IMG/VR virus record: IMGVR_UViG_3300003086_000048
Coordinates: 1 to 38,756 of that record
Length of the DNA stretch: 38,756 bases
Direction: 5' to 3' (one strand)
Origin: a virus
Lineage: Duplodnaviria; Caudoviricetes
The position numbers were made by a program, and so were the translations under genes. Shown here in pieces: positions 8,521 through 17,295 of this stretch. The notes below the pieces were generated by a model that was not told the origin of the DNA, did not search any database, and worked only from the letters and a program-made list of their open reading frames with translations. How positions within the stretch are numbered: position 1 is the stretch's first letter; each line of letters starts with the position of its first letter.

Positions 8521-10191
8521 ATGGCTAATTTTAAAAAACACACATCTTGTCCTTTTTGTTCAAGTTCGGATGCCTTTGCTATTTATGATGATAATAGTGG
8601 ATACTGTTTTTCTTGTAAAGAAAGCAGAGGTTCTGACAACTTTAAAAATAATAAAAAGGAGAAAAAAATGGGAAATCCCACTAATTTAATACAGGGAGAA
8701 TACACACCCCTTGCCGCAAGAAAAATAAGTCTTGCAACGGCGAAGAAGTATAAATACCAAACAGGTATGTATAATGGCAAACCTTGCCATATTGCTAACT
8801 ACTATAATAAAGATGGAGAAAAAGTCGGGCAAAAGTTAAGATTTGCTGATAAGACTTTTAAAACACTTGGAAAAGTAAAAGGCGACCTGTTATTCGGATC
8901 TCAAATATGGAGAGATAAAGGTAGGCAAGTGATCCTATGCGAAGGTGAATTAGACGCACTTAGTGTTGCAGAGGCATATGGGGCTAAATACCCAGTCGTG
9001 TCGTTGCCAGCAGGTGCTGGTTCTGCACTTAAAGCTGTAAAAGCTAACCTTGAATTCTTAGAAGGCTTTGATAGCATCCTGTTGTGGATGGATAATGATA
9101 AAGAAGGAAATAAGGCTGTTGATGAGATTGCTGGTATTTTTAAAGTAGGAAAAGTTAAGATTGTTAAACATTCTGAACACAAAGATGCAAGTGATGTTCT
9201 CGTAAATGAAGGCAAGCAAGCAGTAGTTGCTACTACTTATGAAGCAAAAGATTGGCGACCTGATGGAATATTAAAGGGTTCTGATATGTGGGAAGAGTTT
9301 AAAAATAAGCCCGTATTTGAAACTTTTGACTATAAGTATCCAATTATACAAGATAAGCTAAAAGGCATAAGAAAGGGCGAGCTAACCACCTTCACCGCAG
9401 GTAGCGGGTTAGGCAAATCAACAGTCGTAAGAGAAATTGCTTATGACTTGATGATGACACAAGATGCTAAAATTGGCTATATTGCTTTGGAAGAAAATTG
9501 GAGAACAACCCTTTCTAAATTCCTCGGATTATATGCTAAAAAGCCTATCTTCTTTGGTGATGAATTGACCGATAAAGAGGAAAAGGAAGCTTGGGATGCT
9601 ACTATTGGTCAATCTAAACTTTTTCTATATGACCACTTCGGGAGTATGGAGATTGATAACCTATTAGCAAAAATAAGGGTTATGGTTCAAACTTGTGGAG
9701 TTGATTTTGTTATACTTGACCACATTTCGATTGTTGTTAGTGGTATGGATGGCAATATGGATGAGCGTAAAGCAATTGACAAGCTTATGACTGATTTAAG
9801 AAGCTTAACAGAACAAACAGGTGTTGGTATGGTTATTATCTCACACTTGCGAAGAACTGGTGGCAACAAAGGACACGAAGATGGTGAGCAAATTAGCTTA
9901 GGGCAACTGCGGGGATCTGGGGCAATAGCTCAATTAAGTGATACGGTGGTAGGTATTGAAAGAAACGCTCAAGCGGAAGGTAATGAAAGCGACCAGATAT
10001 CGATGAGAGTTTTAAAGAACAGGTTCGCCGGTGGATTAGGCTTGGCAGACACTTTACAATATAATCACACAACTGGTTGTTTAGATTTGATGAGTGGCGA
10101 CTTCTATACAAGACCAGAGCCAAAAGAAGAGCCAGAACCAGAGGTTTATAAAAAGATGAGTATAGATGATAAAGAAGATTTACCTTGGTAA
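8521..10191 (+). CDS. DNA primase-helicase (T7 gp4-like)
   Basis: CxxC...CxxC zinc finger, TOPRIM EGELDA and DND, Walker A AGSGLGKST, ILDHISI, LRGSGAIAQLSD. Confidence 0.97.
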   Translation: MANFKKHTSCPFCSSSDAFAIYDDNSGYCFSCKESRGSDNFKNNKKEKKMGNPTNLIQGEYTPLAARKISLATAKKYKYQTGMYNGKPCHIANYYNKDGEKVGQKLRFADKTFKTLGKVKGDLLFGSQIWRDKGRQVILCEGELDALSVAEAYGAKYPVVSLPAGAGSALKAVKANLEFLEGFDSILLWMDNDKEGNKAVDEIAGIFKVGKVKIVKHSEHKDASDVLVNEGKQAVVATTYEAKDWRPDGILKGSDMWEEFKNKPVFETFDYKYPIIQDKLKGIRKGELTTFTAGSGLGKSTVVREIAYDLMMTQDAKIGYIALEENWRTTLSKFLGLYAKKPIFFGDELTDKEEKEAWDATIGQSKLFLYDHFGSMEIDNLLAKIRVMVQTCGVDFVILDHISIVVSGMDGNMDERKAIDKLMTDLRSLTEQTGVGMVIISHLRRTGGNKGHEDGEQISLGQLRGSGAIAQLSDTVVGIERNAQAEGNESDQISMRVLKNRFAGGLGLADTLQYNHTTGCLDLMSGDFYTRPEPKEEPEPEVYKKMSIDDKEDLPW

Positions 10192-10232
10192 ATTAAAAGA
10201 TAATAAAAAAATAATAAAGAGGAGAGATAAAA

Positions 10233-10610
10233 ATGAATAAAAATACTAAAAAATGTTATGCTTGTAATACAACAAAAGATATTAAAGATTTTTGGAAAAA
10301 CCAAACACAATGTATTAGCTGTAAAAATGAAGGTCAGGAGAAATACCGAGCAACCGATGATGCCAAGAAAATAAGAAACAAAAGAGCTTCTGCACAAAAT
10401 GTAGGTTTTTACAGACAAAAACAATTAACAAGAATGAAGACTTTTCAAAAGATAAAATCTGGCAAACTAATAAGAACTAAATGCAAGTGTGGAGATTTTG
10501 GGGTTGAATTCCACCACCATTCTTATGATCTTGATGATAGTTGGAAAGATGGAGAGTTTGTATGCTTGCCTTGCCACACCCAAATTCATAAGGCGGTGTG
10601 TAATGGATAA
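10233..10610 (+). CDS. Zinc-finger / HNH-like endonuclease
   Basis: N-terminal CxxC...CxxC; C-terminal CKCG...EFHHHSY...VCLPCHTQIH. Confidence 0.7.
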   Translation: MNKNTKKCYACNTTKDIKDFWKNQTQCISCKNEGQEKYRATDDAKKIRNKRASAQNVGFYRQKQLTRMKTFQKIKSGKLIRTKCKCGDFGVEFHHHSYDLDDSWKDGEFVCLPCHTQIHKAVCNG

Positions 10611-11544
10611 TATAAAGATAGAAGAGGAGTTTGCAAAAGAATTAAAAAGAATTGAAATCAATGGCTGGTATTTTGATACTAAAAAGGCGCAACAACTACA
10701 CCTTTCACTTATGGAAGATATGGATGGAAATAGCCACTTGATAGACCAGACACAAACTATGCTTGATTATTCCTACCACTCCAAAAGGATTAGAACTGAT
10801 TATAAAAACTTTGGAACTTATACAGGTAGATGTTCGCATAAGAACCCAAATATTGCGGGCATACCAAAGGGTAAGTTAAGAGGTTGTTTTGGTGTTGAAG
10901 AAGGTAATGCTTTGATAGGAACAGATGCTAACCAATTGGATGCTACTATGTTGGCACACTACTTAGCTAATTATGATAGTGGTGATTTTGCGAAGAAGCT
11001 TGACGAAGTAGATAGTATTCATACTTTGAATATGGAAATACTTGGATTAGAAAGACCAAAAGCAAAGGCTTTTTACTATGCAATGTTATATGGTGCGAGT
11101 GATACTAAACTTGGTGCTATGCTTGGTGGAGACGCTACTCTTGGTGAGACCACTAAAAACAATTATAGGAAAGAGTTAAAAGGTCTTGATAACTTGGAAT
11201 TTAATTTAAAGAATAGGTTTGAAAGTGGCTACCTTAATAACATTTTAGGTCAGAAGATAGAAATAAAGAATAGCTGGACTTCACTTAATACCTTACTGCA
11301 ATCGGCAAGTGCTTGTGTTATGAAAGTATTCGTTGTTTTGTTAAGTGAAAAAATAAGAATGAGAGATGCTAAGATCGTTGGATTTATCCACGATGAAGTT
11401 CAAATAGAAGTAGATTATAAAAATGTAAATGATGTGGTGATGATGATTGATGAAACTTGGAAAGAAGTATCGGAATATTTATCTTTAAAATCAACATTAA
11501 CAGGTAATACTGTTGTTGGTAGAAACTGGGAGGAAACACATTAA
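10603..11544 (+). CDS. Miniature family A DNA polymerase (T7 gp5-like; no exonuclease domain, thumb largely absent)
   Basis: EINGWYFD, TGRCSHKNPN, motif A DANQLD, motif B RPKAKAFYYAMLYGA, LNTLLQS, motif C IHDEVQ; likely start ATG at 10603 gives 313 aa. Confidence 0.9.
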   Translation: MDNIKIEEEFAKELKRIEINGWYFDTKKAQQLHLSLMEDMDGNSHLIDQTQTMLDYSYHSKRIRTDYKNFGTYTGRCSHKNPNIAGIPKGKLRGCFGVEEGNALIGTDANQLDATMLAHYLANYDSGDFAKKLDEVDSIHTLNMEILGLERPKAKAFYYAMLYGASDTKLGAMLGGDATLGETTKNNYRKELKGLDNLEFNLKNRFESGYLNNILGQKIEIKNSWTSLNTLLQSASACVMKVFVVLLSEKIRMRDAKIVGFIHDEVQIEVDYKNVNDVVMMIDETWKEVSEYLSLKSTLTGNTVVGRNWEETH

Positions 11545-11936
11545 TGTATAAACTAACCTTACCATACCCTACGATTAAGAAAAAGAAGAGTTTAAACCTA
11601 TTATCTTTAAACATTTATAGGAATGCCCACTTCTTTCTTTTAAGTAAGGCTAAAAAGGAATATGCTGAACTTTGTTTTGCTGAATTTAAAAAACATAAAT
11701 TAGTTCCCCTAAAAGGACAAATTATGTTAAAATATACTCTATTCTTTAAAGGAAAAAGAAGACGTGATTTAGATAATTTCTTTTCAATTACAAGCAAGTT
11801 CTTCAATGATGCTTTGGTTGATTATGGAATTATTGAAGATGATGATATAAAGGTTATCCCTAACATAGAAATAAACTTCGGTGGAACGGGCGATAAAAAT
11901 TACGTGCAAATTGAGATTTTACAACTAACAAAATAA
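11544..11936 (+). CDS. RusA-like Holliday junction resolvase
   Basis: RRRDLDN, K...DALV..GII.DD motifs. Confidence 0.82.
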   Translation: MYKLTLPYPTIKKKKSLNLLSLNIYRNAHFFLLSKAKKEYAELCFAEFKKHKLVPLKGQIMLKYTLFFKGKRRRDLDNFFSITSKFFNDALVDYGIIEDDDIKVIPNIEINFGGTGDKNYVQIEILQLTK

Positions 11937-11942
11937 AATAAG

Positions 11943-12137
11943 ATGGAAACAGAAGAATTAACGATTGATGATTATATCGATTGGAAAATCAATACAAAAA
12001 AAGAAGAGGTGGTTTGGTGTTGGGAAGTTATCCTACAAGACTACCTATCTTTCATTACAAAAAACAATGTAATTTTAACTGTTGATCATGTCATGGACGT
12101 GATTGATAGCATTAAATACGACTACAACAATCAATAG
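11943..12137 (+). CDS. Hypothetical protein
   Basis: 64 aa ORF closely packed in the operon. Confidence 0.6.
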   Translation: METEELTIDDYIDWKINTKKEEVVWCWEVILQDYLSFITKNNVILTVDHVMDVIDSIKYDYNNQ

Positions 12138-12147
12138 ATAAAAATAT

Positions 12148-12894
12148 ATGAAAGCACTTATAGACGCAGATAGCCTGTTGTATAAGGCGTGCTCGGTCAA
12201 TCAAGAAGTAATCGAATGGGATGAAGACACAATAACTGTTATCATTGATTTTGATGCGACAAAGACAACCTTTAATCGTTATATAAACGAAATTACTGAT
12301 GAGACTGATACCAACGAAAGTTTGCTTGTTTTTAGTCCAAAGAGGACTTTTAGGTATGATGTATTACCTACATATAAGCACAATAGAAAACCACAGAAAC
12401 ACCCCCTTCAACTAATTGGGAAGCTTAAAGAGTTTGCGTTGAATAAATACAATTCAATCAATTGTGAATATATAGAAGCAGATGACTATTGTGTTGCTGA
12501 AATGTATAAATTCCCCACAAAATATATTCTTTGTCATATTGACAAGGACTTGGATCAAGCCCCCGGCAACCATTACAATTATAATAAGAAAATTAGCTAC
12601 ATTGTGAATAAGAAAGATGCTAAAATGTTCTTCTATATTCAAACACTAACAGGTGATACTGTTGATGGTTATAAAGGTTGCCCTGGAATAGGTATTAAGA
12701 GGGCTGAAAAGCTACTTGAAGACGTTAAGGATGACGACATTTGGGATGTTATCGTAAAGGCATACAATGACAAGGGATTGACAGAAGAAGATGCCCTACA
12801 ACAAGCACAGGTGGCTCGTATGCTACGTGGTAGAGAGATAGATGGGCTGAATGAAGGAGAGTTATGGCAACCCAAAGTAAAAGCCAAAGCTTAA
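12148..12894 (+). CDS. 5'-3' exonuclease (T7 gp6-like)
   Basis: LIDAD, FR...PTYK.NR, EADD, DKDL, GDTVDGYKGCPGIG. Confidence 0.95.
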   Translation: MKALIDADSLLYKACSVNQEVIEWDEDTITVIIDFDATKTTFNRYINEITDETDTNESLLVFSPKRTFRYDVLPTYKHNRKPQKHPLQLIGKLKEFALNKYNSINCEYIEADDYCVAEMYKFPTKYILCHIDKDLDQAPGNHYNYNKKISYIVNKKDAKMFFYIQTLTGDTVDGYKGCPGIGIKRAEKLLEDVKDDDIWDVIVKAYNDKGLTEEDALQQAQVARMLRGREIDGLNEGELWQPKVKAKA

Positions 12895-13085
12895 CTGAAA
12901 TTATATTAAATGTAGTAAGTGGGTGGGTAGTATCTTACTTGTTATGGATTTGGCTTATCATCCCAATATGGGATATTAAAGTTAGTGTTCAAGATAACAT
13001 AATAATTACTACTATTTTCACAATTAGTGCAGTTATTAGAGGCTATTTGTGGAGAAGGTTTTTTAACAAAAAGGAAGGGAAATGA
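12864..13085 (+). CDS. Small two-TM membrane protein
   Basis: QSKSQSL.E...NV; two hydrophobic segments; RGYLWRRFFN. Confidence 0.7.
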   Translation: MATQSKSQSLTEIILNVVSGWVVSYLLWIWLIIPIWDIKVSVQDNIIITTIFTISAVIRGYLWRRFFNKKEGK

Positions 13086-13606
13086 AGACGGGTATTTTAA
13101 AAACAAAAAACAACAACAGCAAGAACCCAGCAAGTGATGAATACTATACTCCCCCAGAGGGAATAGAACCGCTTGTAAAGTTCTTAAATAAAGAGTTGAG
13201 ATATTATGAACCAACAGCTGGTAAAAGCCAAAGGATTGTAAAGTATTTAACATCCAAGGGGTTTAATATAACTGGAAGCAAGCCAGACGAAGACTTTCTT
13301 AAAGGTGATTTTAGTGATTATGATGCTATTATTACTAACCCACCTTTTTCAAATAAAGGGGATTTTATAGAAAGGTGTTATGAAATCGGCAAGCCATTTG
13401 CCTTGTTGATGCCAGTAAGCACAATTCAGGGGCAGAAGCGTGGTAAGAGATTTATTGAGGATGGAATTGAGTTGTTGGTTTTAAATAAAAGGGTTAGTTT
13501 TATTAAGCCCGATAATACTATTGCTGGTTCTCCATCGTTTGGAGTAGCTTGGTTTTGCCACGGTATATTACCAGAAAAACTACAATTTCACGAGGCAAGA
13601 AAATGA
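13082..13606 (+). CDS. Small N6-adenine-type DNA methyltransferase
   Basis: DEYYTP, YEPTAG, IITNPPFS motifs. Confidence 0.78.
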   Translation: MKTGILKTKNNNSKNPASDEYYTPPEGIEPLVKFLNKELRYYEPTAGKSQRIVKYLTSKGFNITGSKPDEDFLKGDFSDYDAIITNPPFSNKGDFIERCYEIGKPFALLMPVSTIQGQKRGKRFIEDGIELLVLNKRVSFIKPDNTIAGSPSFGVAWFCHGILPEKLQFHEARK

Positions 13607-15305
13607 TAATTGATTATACAAGGGATTTGAATTTAAGTGAGTTCGCTATTGAAACCCTTAAAGATAGGTATTTATTAGAAGGTGAAACATCACCACAAGA
13701 AGCATTTGCTCGTGCCGCAACAGCATTTAGTGATAGTCCTGCAATGGCTGGCTTTCTTTTGCTACTCCTGTCCTTGCTAATGCTGGAAGAAAAGGGAAAT
13801 CATTACCTATTAGCTGTTTTCTTAATTATGTAGATGATAGTATTGCGGGCTTGAACGATCATACAGTTGAAACTCGTAATCTATCAGTAGCTGGTGGTGG
13901 GGTTGGTGCTTGCTGGTCTGATGTTAGAGGACAAACAAAGAAGAGTCCAGGCTCTATTCCTTTTATTAAAACACAAGATACTGATGTTTTAGCCTACCAC
14001 CAAGGACAAACAAGACGTGGTGCTTATGCTGCTTATATGGATGTAGGACACCCCGATATTGTAGAATTCATAAACATTAGAAAAGCAACTGGTGGTGATG
14101 CTAATAGAAAAGCATTAAATATTCATAATGCTGTTGTTATTAATCAAGCCTTTTTAAATGCAGTTAGATATGATGAAAGCTGGTATTTAATTAACCCAGA
14201 TAGTAATGATGTGGTAGATAAAGTAATTGCTCGTGATTTATATAAACAAATCTTAACAACAAGACACCAAACTGGTGAGCCTTATATTATGAACAGTAGT
14301 ATTGTTTCTGAACACCAACCGATGGTTCATAAGAACTTAGGTTTAAAGGTTAAGAGTAGTAATCTATGTGCTGAAATCACACTACCATCTAACAAAGATA
14401 GAACAGCAGTTTGTTGTTTAAGCTCTTTGAATATTGAAAAGTATGATGAATGGGTAGATACAGATATTGTTGCTGATTTAGTTCGTTTCTTGGATAATGT
14501 TTTGCAGTTCTTTATTGAGAATGCAGATCCAAAGAGTTATGCTAAATCTATTTATTCTGCTAAACAAGAAAGAAGTATTGGTATTGGAGCATTAGGCTTC
14601 CACTCATATTTACAAAGTAAAGGTATTCCTTTTGAAAGTGCATTAGCAGTAAGTGTTAATCATAAGGTATTTAAAAACATTAAACAGAAAGCGGAGGTCG
14701 CAAGTGTCAAGTTGGGAGAAGAAAAAGGATTTGCAGGAGATTATCTTGGTCAAGACGTTGTGCATCGTCGCAACACTCATCTACTTGCCGTTGCTCCTAA
14801 TGCTTCTTCCTCTATTATTGCTGGGACTTCTCCCTCTATTGAGCCTTGGAAAGCTAATTGCTTCTTACAGAAAACTGCGTCGGGAAGCTTTTTGGTTAAA
14901 AATAAATATCTGGAAACTCTGTTGGATAAATATTACAGCCTGGAAGAAAAAGAAAACATTTGGAAAACTATATTAGGGAATGGCGGTAGTGTTCAGCACC
15001 TTACCAACATAGATGAATATGAAAGAGATGTATTTAAGACTGCTATTGAAATCAATCAGAATTGGGTAGTGTCGCATGCAGTTGATAGACAAAATTATAT
15101 CTGTCAAAGTCAGAGCTTGAATTTATTCTTTCCACCAGAAGTTGATTGGGAATACCTACACCAAGTTCATTGGAAAGCAATCAACAAGTTAAAGTCTTTG
15201 TATTACCTTAGAACAGAAGCCGTTAGTAGAGCTGAAAATGTAGGGATGAAAATTGAAAGAATGAGCATTGAAGATGAAGATGTTTGTCTTGCTTGTGAAG
15301 GGTAA
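13603..15305 (+). CDS. nrdA: Ribonucleotide reductase class Ia alpha subunit, frameshifted at about 13749
   Basis: LKDRYL...SPQEAFARA in one frame, then WLSFATPVLANAG..PISCFL, SNLCAEI, AVCCLSS, APNASSS, LYYLR and C-terminal CLACEG in the -1 frame. Confidence 0.93.
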
Positions 15306-15342
15306 AAAAAACATCAATTTTCTTAAAGAATCTTTAAATAAG

Positions 15343-15351
15343 TGTTATAAT
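15343..15351 (+). promoter_or_regulatory. Extended -10 sigma70 promoter
   Basis: TG-T-TATAAT in the intergenic gap after nrdA. Confidence 0.55.
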
Positions 15352-15400
15352 CTTATTAGTAAAACAATAATAATAATAACAAATAATAAAGGAAAATAAA

Positions 15401-15658
15401 ATGACAAAAACAATCTTAAAATCAAACGTAGTTAGTTTCTTAGAAAACCAAAAGAACAATTTCACTCTTAACTTCTTCAAGAAGAATGGTGAAAGACGCT
15501 CAATCTTTGCTAACTTTAACACTCCATATCTTTCTATTGGCAGTTTAGCGAACCCACATATCATTGTTAATTCAATTATTGATGATGGTATTCGTTCAGT
15601 AAATGTTAATACGATTGATACTTTTTCTATCGGCAACACGGCTTATAGAGTAATTTAA
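15401..15658 (+). CDS. Small phage protein, SH3/WYL-like fold possible
   Basis: FFKKNGERR...GIRSVNVNTI pattern; AAGGA RBS. Confidence 0.6.
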   Translation: MTKTILKSNVVSFLENQKNNFTLNFFKKNGERRSIFANFNTPYLSIGSLANPHIIVNSIIDDGIRSVNVNTIDTFSIGNTAYRVI

Positions 15659-15828
15659 TGTGGCTTACAGACTAAAAAAAGGGTTCGGAATTTGTAAATC
15701 CGGATATCAAATATGGGGTGTGGTGACATTAGCGTTGGCTGGGATAGCAATGTTTAATGACTACTTCCCTCTATACACAATGGATAATCTAACCGCAGAC
15801 GTGGAAAGGTTTTTAATATAAAGGAATT

Positions 15829-16098
15829 ATGAAAAACAAAACAGTAAAATTAAATGAAAAATATGGTTTGGTTCAGTGGGAATTAGAGGCTGGTGCAAAG
15901 TGTGTTTTTGAGCAAGAAAATGATGGTGAAGTTAAACTAAACGTATTATATTTTAGAGGTCTTAACTATAACCGTGGTGGTGCTTCTCTTTGGAGTGAAG
16001 ATGAGGATAGTAAGAAGATTGTTGAGGGTCATTTCCTTGGCAGGTTCTTTAAGTCTGAAAAGAAAGACGAGTGGTGGTTCGTTCCTACTAATGGATAA
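15829..16098 (+). CDS. Hypothetical protein
   Basis: AAGGA RBS, 89 aa. Confidence 0.7.
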   Translation: MKNKTVKLNEKYGLVQWELEAGAKCVFEQENDGEVKLNVLYFRGLNYNRGGASLWSEDEDSKKIVEGHFLGRFFKSEKKDEWWFVPTNG

Positions 16099-16420
16099 GA
16101 ATATGTGGAATGAAAAACAAGACAACAGGATGAAATACTTTGTGGTCGGTGTAATGATATTATTTTTTGTAGGGCTTTTTGCAAGTCAAGCAAAGGCTAC
16201 TACCATTAATGAATATAACTTTGCACCAGAAGTAGTTGAACTTCATATTATTAAAAATGATGGGATGAATTCACACGAAGTTTATACTTGTAGAAATGTT
16301 AGAACTTGCTACAACCTATATCGTAGCATCCAATACAAAGATAAATCTTTAAACTGTGCTTCAAAGATGTTTATTGTTCGTCAGAACGGTAATAAAATGT
16401 GGTTAAAATCAACAAGATAA
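16091..16420 (+). CDS. Putative exported protein
   Basis: MKYFVVGVMILFFVGLFASQAKA resembles a signal peptide with an AxA cleavage site. Confidence 0.65.
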   Translation: MDKNMWNEKQDNRMKYFVVGVMILFFVGLFASQAKATTINEYNFAPEVVELHIIKNDGMNSHEVYTCRNVRTCYNLYRSIQYKDKSLNCASKMFIVRQNGNKMWLKSTR

Positions 16421-16430
16421 GGATTATATT

Positions 16431-16529
16431 ATGGGTGATTTAAGTGAATATGTTTTTATAGATGACTATTACGAAGAGGAAGAGGAGTATGAACACGACG
16501 ACGAAGACGAATATGAGGACGAGCAATAA
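16431..16529 (+). CDS. 32-aa highly acidic peptide (not in ORF track)
   Basis: AAGGA RBS; MGDLSEYVFIDDYYEEEEEYEHDDEDEYEDEQ*. Confidence 0.6.
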   Translation: MGDLSEYVFIDDYYEEEEEYEHDDEDEYEDEQ

Positions 16530-16701
16530 TATACCAAAAATATTGACGTTTAGGGAGCTTGAAACACTATATAAAGATCTTGATGTTGAACATACAGAAC
16601 TTAAAAAAAGATATGATGACTTAACTAAAATTATAAGAAAACAAGGTAAAGATAGTGTCAGGAGTGAAGGTGATAATTTTCTAAGTGGCTATTGGGATTA
16701 A
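16513..16701 (+). CDS. Small coiled-coil hypothetical protein
   Basis: MRTSNNIPKILTFRELE...; start position uncertain. Confidence 0.55.
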   Translation: MRTSNNIPKILTFRELETLYKDLDVEHTELKKRYDDLTKIIRKQGKDSVRSEGDNFLSGYWD

Positions 16702-16713
16702 AAGGAGAAGAAG

Positions 16714-17004
16714 ATGGGATTAGATAGAACAGGAAATGGATACTTAATTGATCCAACAATTTGGTCAGAAGAAGTAATGCACGAGATGGCTAAAGAAGAT
16801 GAATTAAAATTGACGGACTCAATGGTAACTCAAATTACCAAGGCAAGAGAATACTTTGAAGAGAATTCAAGTGTGCCGCCAATTAGAACTTTTGCTAAGT
16901 ATGTAGGTATTGATAAGGGTAAGCTATTTAAAGAGTGGCTAACTGGCCCTATGAAACCCATTACTAAATATGGTGGTATGCCACAGCCAACTGGGTGCGT
17001 TTAA
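16714..17004 (+). CDS. dsrC: DsrC/TusE-family sulfur carrier (single C-terminal Cys)
   Basis: GYLID...WSEEV, REYF, GP......GG.PQPTGCV C-terminus. Confidence 0.92.
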   Translation: MGLDRTGNGYLIDPTIWSEEVMHEMAKEDELKLTDSMVTQITKAREYFEENSSVPPIRTFAKYVGIDKGKLFKEWLTGPMKPITKYGGMPQPTGCV

Positions 17005-17019
17005 TTAAAAAGGAAGAGT

Positions 17020-17295
17020 ATGACATCTGAAATTATGGAAAGAGTTATTGGTCTTGAAAAAGAAGTTTGGAAGATAAACAATAGACTATTAGACCTAACA
17101 GCAGAAGAACAAATCCCAGAACCAAATACCATTAATGAATGGAAAGAGCTGGCGTTAGTTTGGATTAGTGGTGGCTGGGAACATCTACAATGGTTCGATA
17201 CAAGTGAAGAGGCTGATCATGGTTGGTATGACTTTACTGACACTGATGCTTTTTATCCTTATGATGAACGGTTGGTGATTAGGATTAAAAAATGA
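17020..17295 (+). CDS. Hypothetical acidic protein
   Basis: AGGA RBS, 91 aa. Confidence 0.65.
   Translation: MTSEIMERVIGLEKEVWKINNRLLDLTAEEQIPEPNTINEWKELALVWISGGWEHLQWFDTSEEADHGWYDFTDTDAFYPYDERLVIRIKK

Noticed and set aside
10489-10602. N-terminal extension of the DNA polymerase in the ORF track
   Set aside because: Overlaps the HNH C-terminal motifs and shows no polymerase similarity; ATG at 10603 has an RBS-like AGGCGG
13549-13850. Intron or intein explanation for the split nrdA
   Set aside because: Sequence is missing rather than inserted
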